Assembly: GCF_001194135.2 (NCBI RefSeq)
Contig: NC_068985.1
Location: 11,029,125-11,093,124, forward strand
Origin: Octopus bimaculoides
Lineage: Eukaryota
DNA length: 64,000 nt
Direction of reading: 5' to 3'
Each line of letters starts with the position of its first letter. Within the stretch, counting starts at the first letter, position 1. Below the pieces are notes generated by a model. It was given only the letters and a program-made list of their open reading frames with translations. It searched no databases and had not been told where the DNA came from. Of this stretch, positions 53,434-64,000 are shown piece by piece. Made by a program: the position numbers and the translations under genes.

Positions 53434-53672
53434 GTGCGTGTGTATATGTTTGTGTGTCTGTGTTTGTTCCTCCCCCCCAACATCGCTCGACAACCGATGC
53501 TGGTGTGTTTACGTCCCCGTAACTTAGCGGTTCGGCAAAATAGACCGATAGAATAAGTACTAGGCTTACAAAGAATAAGTCCTAGGGTTGATATGCTCGA
53601 CTAAAGGCGGTGCTCCAGCATGGCCACAGTCAAAATGACTGAAACAAGAAAAAGTGTAAAAGAGTAAAGAGT
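53183..53672 (+). mobile_element. SINE family A copy (young)
   Basis: Close to the family pattern with a long internal (TA)n. Confidence 0.93.
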
Positions 53673-54504
53673 ATACATCTCAAAGACTGTTTTATATCAG
53701 TTCAATGATCGTGGTGTGATTCCATAAATATTTAGGTGCTCTTTCTAAGGGACGAAGGTTTCCTGTATAATGTGCAGTCTGATGTTTCTATTGCTGATAA
53801 TTCCACCTTCACCATTCTATTGTTGCTGCAGACAAAATAATGCATAGCAACAATAATACTATTAATTTTTCTACCTCTAATTGTAATTATTCTTCATGCA
53901 CGATTTGCTCCCAATATTATTTTTAATATTTGAATTATAGCTGCTATTTGAACAATTCTTCACTACATACTCACATACAGACAACCACAGACTCCCCAAA
54001 CACGCATACAAACACATACAGAGACAACCACACATATAAACGGACACGCGCGTGCGTGCGCACATACACAAGCACACGCACTCACAGACACACAGACGGT
54101 AATACAACTTCAATTGATATTTTATGTTCCGTTATCCGAATTTTGGATGTTGAATACTGAATAATTTCTTACCAGCGGTAACGTAACACCTCTGAATATA
54201 AAAATGTAACCCGGCGTTATGAAAGAAAATACTTTTGAGAAACTCGAACATAACTTCAGAGTACATCTTGCTAGTTAAGACTAGTTCATGGCGTTCAACC
54301 GATTAACTACCAAAAACGTATATTCTCAAAATCCTAGACATGCGATCTTCACATAAAAATCGAGGTAAATTTTCATTAAAATAAGCATCTTCTTAAAGTG
54401 TCATCACATATTCTGCAATAAGATTATTTCCAAGTCAATCATAGCAAAGACAGGATACACAAAAAAAAAAATGAATACATATGTATGTAGATGTATTTAT
54501 TTTT

Positions 54505-54702
54505 GTATCTGTGTTTGTCCCCCTCCCCGCCAAGACTTGATAACCGATGTTGATGTGTTTACGACCCCGTATCTTAACGATTCGGCAAAAGTATGAGGCC
54601 CACAAAGGATAAGTTTTGGGGTCGATTTATTCGACTAAAGGTGGTGTTCCAGTATGGTCTCAGTCAAATGACTGAAACTAATAAAAGAGTAAAATAAGAG
54701 TG
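54505..54702 (+). mobile_element. SINE family A, 3' half
   Basis: Post-microsatellite half only. Confidence 0.8.
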
Positions 54703-55605
54703 TATATATANNNNNNNNNNNNNNNNNNNNNNNNNNNNNNNNNNNNNNNNNNNNNNNNNNNNNNNNNNNNNNNNNNNNNNNNNNNNNNNNNNNNNNNNNN
54801 NNNNNNNNNNNNNNNNNNNNNNNNNNNNNNNNNNNNNNNNNNNNNNNNNNNNNNNNNNNNNNNNNNNNNNNNNNNNNNNNNNNNNNNNNNNNNNNNNNNN
54901 NNNNNNNNNNNNNNNNNNNNNNNNNNNNNNNNNNNNNNNNNNNNNNNNNNNNNNNNNNNNNNNNNNNNNNNNNNNNNNNNNNNNNNNNNNNNNNNNNNNN
55001 NNNNNNNNNNNNNNNNNNNNNNNNNNNNNNNNNNNNNNNNNNNNNNNNNNNNNNNNNNNNNNNNNNNNNNNNNNNNNNNNNNNNNNNNNNNNNNNNNNNN
55101 NNNNNNNNNNNNNNNNNNNNNNNNNNNNNNNNNNNNNNNNNNNNNNNNNNNNNNNNNNNNNNNNNNNNNNNNNNNNNNNNNNNNTATATATATATATATA
55201 TATATATGAGCATAGAGAAAATTAATATAGGCAACAATGTGCAATATTTTACCAAAACGAAAACTTTAATCATCACTAAGTTTGGCAAGGGCGTTAGAAA
55301 CATCTACATTGCTAGAAATAAGAGCTAAAAGGCTCTAATGCTGACGTTGAAGCACATAATTGTACACATGTAAACTGACAGGGATTGTAAACACCCGAAA
55401 ACGCCGATCAATGTATATGTATAAATTATGTGCTTAGACTACAGCATTAGGGCATTTTAGTTCTTATTTCTAGCAATATAGGTTTCTAATATCCTACTGA
55501 TATTTAATGATAATTATATACGAGTATATATACATATATATGCGTGTGCATGACAGGGAGAGTATGTATATATATATATATGTGTGTATATATATATATT
55601 GTGTG

Positions 55606-55684
<79 letters not shown>

Positions 55685-56478
55685 TTATGTATAAGTATAT
55701 ATATATATATATATAGGTATATATATATGTATACTTGTATATATATATATANNNNNNNNNNNNNNNNNNNNNNNNNNNNNNNNNNNNNNNNNNNNNNNNN
55801 NNNNNNNNNNNNNNNNNNNNNNNNNNNNNNNNNNNNNNNNNNNNNNNNNNNNNNNNNNNNNNNNNNNNNNNNNNNNNNNNNNNNNNNNNNNNNNNNNNNN
55901 NNNNNNNNNNNNNNNNNNNNNNNNNNNNNNNNNNNNNNNNNNNNNNNNNNNNNNNNNNNNNNNNNNNNNNNNNNNNNNNNNNNNNNNNNNNNNNNNNNNN
56001 NNNNNNNNNNNNNNNNNNNNNNNNNNNNNNNNNNNNNNNNNNNNNNNNNNNNNNNNNNNNNNNNNNNNNNNNNNNNNNNNNNNNNNNNNNNNNNNNNNNN
56101 NNNNNNNNNNNNNNNNNNNNNNNNNNNNNNNNNNNNNNNNNNNNNNNNNNNNNNNNNNNNNNNNNNNNNNNNNNNNNNNNNNNNNNNNNNNNNNNNNNNN
56201 NNNNNNNNNNNNNNNNNNNNNNNNNNNNNNNNNNNNNNNNNNNNNNNNNNNNNNNNNNNNNNNNNNNNNNNNNNNNNNNNNNNNNNNNNNNNNNNNNNNN
56301 NNNNNNNNNNNNNNNNNNNNNNNNNNNNNNNNNNNNNNNNNNNNNNNNNNNNNNNNNNNNNNNNNNNNNNNNNNNNNNNNNNNNNNNNNNNNNNNNNNNN
56401 NNNNNNNNNNNNNNNNNNNNNNNNNNNNNNNNNNNNNNNNNNNNNNNNNNNNNNNNNNNNNNNNNNNNNNNNNNNNNC

Positions 56479-57185
56479 TTGGACGTAGGATCACGGTTTC
56501 GATTCGCAGACCGGACGTTGTGAGTGTTTATTAAGCGAAAACACCTAAAACTCCACGAGCCTCCGGGTGGGGGTAGTGGTGAAACCTGCTGTACTCGTTC
56601 ACCACAACTTTCTCTCACTCTTTTTTCCTGTTTCTGTTGCATCTGTAATTCAAAGGGTGCACGCTGAATTGTACAGGGTGATTCAAAAGTCTCCAATACA
56701 CAGGCAAAAATTTATTTCTTCCATAAGAAACGGTTTATAAGATCCCCTAGATTCCCTGATCTGACCCCTCTTGATTTCTTGTCTTTGGGGGCATTTGAAA
56801 GTCATGGTGTATCACGAAAAGATAAAAAACATAAATCATTTGAAGGAACGCATCACCAACTCATTTTGCACACGTATCACCAGATGTGCTATTACGAGTT
56901 CACAATGAGTTGGGTAAACGTATTGCAATGTGTATTCAAAACAATGGTAACCATATAGAGACTGTTAAATATAAAAAACTGTTCTTATTAACAGTTTCTT
57001 ATAAAAAAAAGATAAATTATTCCTGGGTATGGCGACTTTTGAATCACCCTGTAGTTCCCTAAGAATTACGTTAGGGGTACATGTGCCTGTGGAGTGCTCA
57101 ACCACTTGCACGTTAATTTCATGAGCAGGCTGCTCCGCTGATTGGATCATCTGGAACCCTCGACGTCGTACCCGACAGAGTGCCG
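56479..57185 (+). mobile_element. SINE with family-C tail, interrupted by a mariner derivative
   Basis: Box B-like GGTTTCGATTCG; tail CACTTGCACGTTAATTTC..GATCATCTGGAACCCTCG..GAGTGCC resumes after 57053. Confidence 0.7.
56674..57051 (+). mobile_element. Tc1/mariner deletion derivative with TIRs and TA TSD
   Basis: TA|CAGGGTGATTCAAAAGTCTCCAATAC ... GTATGGCGACTTTTGAATCACCCTG|TA; interior encodes PPRFPDLTPLDF..WGHLKVMVY..LKERI..RIAMCIQNNGNHIE. Confidence 0.93.
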
Positions 57186-57820
57186 TAGTAATGTGCATGT
57201 ATGTATGTATACATGTATATATGTACATGTATGTATATATATTTAGTCTCTTCAGCCGTCAAAGAATCTATTGATGAAAGGTTTTCAAGCAGTAAACTTT
57301 CCCTTCGAATCTTTTCACAGAATACACCTTGAACCTCATGTTCAATACATATTCTTCTTTGAATGGTAATAAACCTTAATATGACGGAATTTAGCTGCTA
57401 TTTCTCAAGGTCTGAGTGACTGTATGCAAGACCCGTCATTGTTTTGCTGCCAGATTCTTCCTCTTCTTGTTGTGGATATATTATATAATCTTTCTCCAAT
57501 TCCTTGATGTATTACTAAAATATCGGAATGAACAAATCTATTCTACGTTTGCGACAATTATTATAAGAATTTAAAGTCTTGCTTCAAAATATTTGTTTAT
57601 TTATATGAATATTTTAAGCGCAAATCAAGAGGATTGTTAAGAAGAGGATGTTATTCAACTTTATCGGTATCAATACTTCAGAGGCAATTCATTTTACTAA
57701 ATCTAAAATGCAAATTTTATTTCGACAAAGCACTATCGCATAGTTTATTTTTTTTCACTATTCTATCTGTCGCCTCAAAAATGGTAATAATTTCTAAAAT
57801 AAATCAAACTATCACTTTTT

Positions 57821-58070
57821 CTGTTATATATTTTAGAGACGATGAATTATTTACATTATTTACATTATTTACATTGGACAGATTGGTATCCTCACATCGT
57901 TTGTTATTAACATAAGGTTACGGCTCATGTACTTTCCTGGTTTCATCGAGTGTCCTGGTAGAATTTTGAACCGAGCCCTTTATTTAACGAATGGATTACT
58001 CAATTCTCATTCCTCAAGTATTTTTTTGCTGATGCTGTTATTATTTATTCAAGTCACTACCTGGGATTGA
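57821..58070 (-). mobile_element. Old SINE family D body and tail (hammerhead decayed)
   Basis: CCCAGGTAGTGACTTGAATAAATAAT...GGACACTCGATGAAACCAGG..GAGCCGTAACC..AATGTAAATAATGT. Confidence 0.7.
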
Positions 58071-58074
58071 GCGC

Positions 58075-58365
58075 ACAAGGCGGAATTTGAACTTAGAACC
58101 TAGCGGCAGACGAAATGCAGATAATCATTTCGCCCGGCGTGCTAACGATTTTTTTCTACTTTAGGCACAAGGCTTGAAATTTTGGGGAAGGTAGCCACTC
58201 GATTAGATCGACCCCAGTGCGCAACTGGTACTTAATTTATCGACCGCGAAAGAACAAAAGGCAAAGTCGACCTCGGCAGAATTTGAAATTAGAACGTAAC
58301 AGCAGACGAAATGCCGATAAGCATTTCGTCCGGCGTGCTAACGTTTCTGCCAACTCGCCGCTTTG
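58075..58365 (-). mobile_element. SINE family B full copy fused to a second B head
   Basis: Full body 58150-58365, then a second head AATCGTTAGCACGCCGGG...GTTCAAATTCCGCC. Confidence 0.88.
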
Positions 58366-58398
58366 GTTTGCATTCATAATGGCATGAAGAGATTTGTC

Positions 58399-59043
58399 TT
58401 ATTGCTGCACAATCTCATCCACTACACTACTCAAGTCCTCCGTTGTTGCCTGAATCGTTAATTCGATATCATATCTCCAGTAGTTCACCTTCAGGATCCT
58501 TGTAGCCTTCAGAATCCTTGTAGCCTTCAGAATCTTCCCGTTTTTCATATTATACATTATGGCTGTCATCAGCCATTCTTCTTTCACTTCGGGTGGTACC
58601 TTACCCACTCGCACCTTGGCCACACGTTTGCCGCAGTACGAAGGCAAGAAGACCCATTCCTCTGTCCTTAATGTCTCTGTAGAGTGCTTTATTGCTTCCT
58701 CCTATGTCGTGAAGCGCATCTCCACAGTGGCGTATATTCCCCTTCTCGTAATGTATGTTGTGAATCTCTTTATATTCTTAACACATTCCTTTATGGCCTC
58801 TATTGGTGAGATTTCTATGTTTCTCGTGGCTGCCTTCATGGTTTTAAATATAACCGTTCTTTTTGTCACGTTGGCAGATAGCTCTACAGGCGGTGTCAGC
58901 TTCAAAATGTTTCCTTCCGTTGTGATTAATTTCTCGCTCTCTTTCATCTTCCTAGGCTCCACTTTTATGTCGCGGGCCTCCAACTTTCGCACGTCTACTC
59001 TTTTGCCCGTTGCGGCCGCATAACTGGGGCCTGCCTCCGGCAC
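58399..59043 (-). pseudogene. Probable LINE ORF1 (gag-like, possibly Tx1/L1 type) with one in-frame stop
   Basis: ORFs 58702-59043 and 58399-58647 share a frame separated by a single TAG; PSYAAA start, LPSYCGKRVAKVRVGKVPPEV; 18-bp in-frame duplication (KATRIL x2). Confidence 0.5.
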
Positions 59044-59189
59044 CTTCTCCGTTTTCCCACAATGGGAAACAAGACAACAATTAACGAATTAACAACCTTG
59101 GCAACAATTCAAACAACAATTCAAATCAATAGCAATGGCAACAATTCGATAAAAACTTCAACACAAACTCGCACAATAACTTCACGGAG

Positions 59190-59248
59190 ACGGGATACCG
59201 CAAAGCAGTTCACCCGGCGTTCTAACGTTTCTGCCAGCTCGCCGCCTT
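59190..59248 (-). mobile_element. Truncated SINE family B head
   Basis: GGCGGCGAGCTGGCAGAAACGTTAGAACGCCGGG. Confidence 0.85.
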
Positions 59249-60105
59249 AAAGAATATAGTATATTGGTCGCTTACTGTTCCGGAGTTAATGGCCTTTTAT
59301 GATTTGAATATGTTCTGCCTACAACGGAAGTTAAAATGCAAAATCGACACCTCTATGAGTTTGTCATAATGTAAAACATTTTAGCATTAGCATTACCCAT
59401 TCTGCAATCCAACCTACACGTTAAATTAAAACGAGTAATATTGATTCGTAACACAGGTCCAATATTTGACATTTGTAGCGTTTTCATGATGCGAATTTTA
59501 CTACTTAACAGATTCTTTAACTTTTCACCTTGAAAAGATAGAAAATGAATGTTGAATCTCCAAAGATGTCAGCAAAAAACGAACAGACTCGCATTTAATA
59601 TGGGTTCAGAGGCTCTACGGATTCTTTCGATCTATTTACATTGAAGATATTACTAAAATGATTGCTATAAAACATGTTCTTTTATTCTTTTATAAGTTTC
59701 AGTCCGAAGACGTGGAGGCTGTGTTGGAAGGAAAATTGATGACTGTGAAAAAAAAAAGATGATTATTTTCGCAAAAGCTTGAGAGACAATGCTTGGTTTT
59801 ATAAGAACAAGAGAGAGGAAAGAATTTAATAAGAAACACAATTGATATTGAAGGTTTTAGGCCTGTGATCTCGCATATGCTATAAAATATCTGAAGCAAT
59901 GAAATTGATACACAGATATTAATATCTTTCTGAAAGATATTCAGTGAATAAATACATCTATACCAGTTTTGCTAGAATGAAATACAAACAGTGCTACAAA
60001 TTGATGTCATCGTATTCGGTAGGGAAAATATTGAAATCTTTTATTGGATGATAATTTAAAATATATCAAAATATTGTACATTCAATTTTTAAAAAAAAAT
60101 CACAC

Positions 60106-60137
<32 letters not shown>

Positions 60138-60244
60138 ATGTGTGTGTGTGTGTGCGTGTGTGTGTGTGTGTGCGGGTGTGTGTGTGTGTGTAGTATATAA
60201 GAATGTATGTATCCTGTATCTATCTATCTATCTATCTATCTATA

Positions 60245-60287
<43 letters not shown>

Positions 60288-60508
60288 NNNNNNNNNNNNN
60301 NNNNNNNNNNNNNNNNNNNNNNNNNNNNNNNNNNNNNNNNNNNNNNNNNNNNNNNNNNNNNNNNNNNNNNNNNNNNNNNNNNNNNNNNNNNNNNNNNNNN
60401 NNNNNNNNNNNNNNNNNNNNNNNNNNNNNNNNNNNNNNNNNNNNNNNNNNNNNNTATATATATATATATATTCATATATACATACATATATATATATGTA
60501 TGTGTATA

Positions 60509-60560
<52 letters not shown>

Positions 60561-60561
60561 C

Positions 60562-60593
<32 letters not shown>

Positions 60594-61005
60594 ATTTTTT
60601 ATCTTTTATTTCTTTTCAGTTGCGGCTCAAACCAGAATATATAATATATAATATATAATATGTAATATATAGTAGAGTGCATGCAGTGAACTTGGCGTCA
60701 GGAGTTCAGAATCCCAATGGTGGACAAGTTAGAAGGAGCGCAGTCGGTCCTCTTAGTTAGAAACAAAACCTGCTGCAAGTTAGATGATGTTCACTTCTGC
60801 TGTGTCTTATTATTTATTTTTCTTTCATCTTTTTTTCCTGAAGAAGTATTCCGTCCCAAAATTTTGATTTTCCTCTCCGTACAGTTCGTTCACTATACTG
60901 TTCTTATCATATGTAGTACATAATATGGCTCGCACCCTCCACCACAGGACGCCAACGTCATTAGGCTCTTTCGGTCATATGTATATGCATGTATATATAT
61001 ATCTC

Positions 61006-61120
<115 letters not shown>

Positions 61121-61163
61121 GTGTGTGTATGGGAGTGTATACATATGTTTGTGTGTGCGTATC

Positions 61164-61204
<41 letters not shown>

Positions 61205-61207
61205 TTG

Positions 61208-61378
61208 TGTGTGTTTACGTCCCTGTAACGTAGCGGTTCGGCAAAAGAGTCCGATAGAATAAGTACTAGGCTTACAAATAATAAGTCCTGGGGTCGATTT
61301 GCTCGACTAAATGCGGTGCTCCAGCATGGCCGCAGTCAAATGACTGAAACAAGTAAAAAAGTAAAAGAGTAAAAGAGT
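61208..61378 (+). mobile_element. SINE family A, 3' half
   Basis: GTTTACGTCCCTGTAAC...CAGCATGGCCGCAGTCAAATGACTGAAAC. Confidence 0.88.
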
Positions 61379-61475
61379 TAAGCGTAATACATGAAAAATC
61401 ACTGCATAGAAATAGAAAATGCCTTTTACGTTGTCTGTGTAAATGCGAAATAATATCAATTTACGATGAAATTCA

Positions 61476-61890
61476 TTTGCCAACGTAAAGTGGCAGTCCT
61501 GATTAGGACGATGTTACTACCTGTTTTAGCCCCAGAAAAACATCGTTTCCAGTTGGCTACCGACGCACAACTGTGTCCTTATACCTCGAGCAAGGGAGGT
61601 AATGTCCCCACTCAGCGTTAAACGGTACCTGCGGACCATAATTTCTTGGTTATTTCCCTTCATGGGCACAGTATCACAGTTCGCTAGAGATGGCAGAACT
61701 TGGCGTTGCTCTAGGTATATACTTTAAAAGTGACACACAGTTAATGATCACATAAAGAGAAATTTAGTTTTGAATCTCTGAGCAAGAATAAGTAGTTACA
61801 GTACTACAGAGTAGAATCTATTTGTCAACTTAAAGTGGCAGTCTTGATTAGGACGATGTTACTATCTTTTTTTTAGCCCCAGGAAAACAT
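61476..61890. mobile_element. Second, rearranged copy of the long-TIR MITE
   Basis: TIR TTTGCCAACGTAAAGTGGCAGTCCTG..., interior homologous to the reverse complement of 30760-30940, then a direct repeat of the TIR start at 61821-61890. Confidence 0.8.
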
Positions 61891-62085
61891 CTAACTCTAC
61901 TTAACATTAGAAGTTATGTCCTAGATTTGTGCTTCAAATTAATACAGGATAGAATTTCTGTGAGTGGGATGCAAACGTTGGTATGAAGCAAATATGTTTT
62001 ACCATCAGCAGACGAACTCAATTTAGAGCGATATCACAATTACTGTTATAAACGTCTCCCAGTCTAAGACTTCGAGTATGTTCGT

Positions 62086-62169
<84 letters not shown>

Positions 62170-62997
62170 TGCATCTACAGTCTGCGTTCATTAGTGTTAG
62201 GAAACCGGAAAAAGTGGGACAGATGTAAATATTTTTAAAGATACTGCATACTTAAACTTTAGGGAATCGACTAGAAAAAGAAATCCGTTATCAAGGAGTG
62301 GATTACGCGTCGTATTTAATTGGTTTGGATTTGATATGACAAACTGTAATTTGATATCCATTCACTCACAATTTGCATTGTAGTTTGGTGAAACAAAGTA
62401 CAATGTTATATCTAAGAGAAACAATCCTGTCAAATACTGCTGAAGCTCACCTGAGTTTTAACGACATATTCCTCAATAATCACACCTTCCATTCTGACGG
62501 TTTATATCAAATTTGTACGGTTTCTGTGATATGGATTACTCATAAGTTTTGAGTGCGGTTTTGAATACATCCAGATTTAAAGGAAGACACTGCGGGCATA
62601 AATTGCTACGCATCAATGCATATGTATAATTTCAGATAACATTGATTCACAGTTCAACCGCGAGCATTTATCCCAAATCATTCAATTAGTAACTATACCA
62701 TCTATATTAAATCCAAATGTATATATATATATATATATAATTTCACGTGTTCTTCCACTTTTCGTTTTCCTTTGATTTTGGTAGTAATATCAAGGTGAAC
62801 TGACTCATATTGCTGTTTATTAATGATGGTGCAAAATCATCATCTACATATATTAATTCCTTCATTCATATCATATAGAGTCACATTATGCAATGACAGT
62901 GTACTTTACTGTAGGCACGATGTCTTTTCAATGATTGACTCGATGTGACATCATATCGACGGTTTCTCGTTAGCTAGTCATACAAATACACAATATT

Positions 62998-63210
62998 GGT
63001 CTCAAGTTTTGGCACAAAGCCAGTAACGTCGAGGAAGGGTAGGAGTTGATTATATCAGATCCAGTCTTCAACTTGTACTTATTTCATCGACCACGAAAGG
63101 ATGGAAAGCAATGTCGACCTCGACGGAATTTGAACTCAGAAACTAAAGACAGACGAAATAATGCTAAGCATTTTGTCCGGTGCGCTAACAATTCTGCCAG
63201 ATCACCACCT
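62998..63210 (-). mobile_element. SINE family B copy
   Basis: Family-B body and head. Confidence 0.85.
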
Positions 63211-63367
63211 AGGCAAGTATAAAATATTAATGTATACTTTATCACATTTACATAAACATCGTCATCCAGAGAGCATTTTAATAAAGGACTTGAAACCATT
63301 GGCATAGTTGCATTATATCCAATTACACAGAAGTATAACAAATTCATTTTTAAATACACGAATAAAT

Positions 63368-63536
63368 ACTGTTCTATATTTTAGAGATGAGGAGTTCTGT
63401 ACATTATTTACATTATTCACATTGGACGGGTATGTGTCCTCATCTTGTTTGTTGTGTTTTTACTCTCCAGCCTTCATCAGGTCTCCTGGTGGAATTTTGA
63501 ACCCGACCCCTGGTTCAATTCCAGGAGTGCCTTCAA

Positions 63537-63600
<64 letters not shown>
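63368..63600. mobile_element. SINE family D remnant: minus-strand tail joined to a plus-strand box B/(AAT)n piece
   Basis: D tail reverse complement with a deletion through helix II/GAAA; then GGTTCAATTCCAGG..TGAATAATAAT. Confidence 0.75.
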
Positions 63601-63604
<4 letters not shown>

Positions 63605-63666
63605 GTCTCTGGGTGAGACCTGGATCCAACTCGTACAAATGCAAAGCAAAAGTCAAACATAAAATA

Positions 63667-63730
<64 letters not shown>

Positions 63731-63732
<2 letters not shown>

Positions 63733-64000
63733 GGTTAGCTTCGGAGGTTAAGCAGTTGTGGCCGATGAAAAAGGTGGTAGTAGTACCAATAATTGTCGGA
63801 ACCCTGGCAACAGTGAGTAAAAATCTTGAGAAGTACATGGAACAAATCGGGGCTGCAATAAAGGTGGAGCACTTGCAGAAAACAGCACTGCTTGGAACCG
63901 CTCGAATACTCCGGAAGGTGCTCGAAAAATAGAAGGTTTTACTTTAGTTCACTGATAGTGAACAGCTGACACCATAGTACATCTCCAGCGTTAGGAGCTG
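63731..64000 (+). mobile_element. 5'-truncated R4/Dong-clade LINE 3' end in (AAT)n
   Basis: 63732-63932 reads RLASEVKQLWPMKKVVVVPIIVGTLATVSKNLEKYMEQIGAAIKVEHLQKTALLGTARILRKVLEK*; LQKxALLGTARILRKVL is typical of the R4/Dong C-terminus; runs off the window. Confidence 0.88.

Overview
AT-rich animal genomic DNA with many assembly gaps (N runs), nearly all bordered by (TA)n tracts. The repeat families and extreme microsatellite load suggest a coleoid cephalopod, probably Octopus; this is inferred from repeat content, not proven. The window is dominated by microsatellites and at least four tRNA-derived SINE families, which I label A-D. It also has decayed LINE fragments (CR1/L2, Tx1/L1, R4/Dong, probably I-clade), a decayed maT/mariner transposase, MITEs and a Helentron-like (HINE) element. 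No host gene could be identified with confidence; several unvalidated candidate exons are listed at low confidence. The best lead is SINE family D: a Pol III tRNA-type head, an internal (AAT)n tract, and a 3' tail holding a minimal Penelope-type type I hammerhead ribozyme fold. One copy has the fold intact (50558-50603), and the family repeatedly occurs as inverted fold-back pairs. (TAA)n-associated Dong/R4-like LINE pieces sit in AAT tracts, in one case a tract that seems to belong to a family-D remnant.
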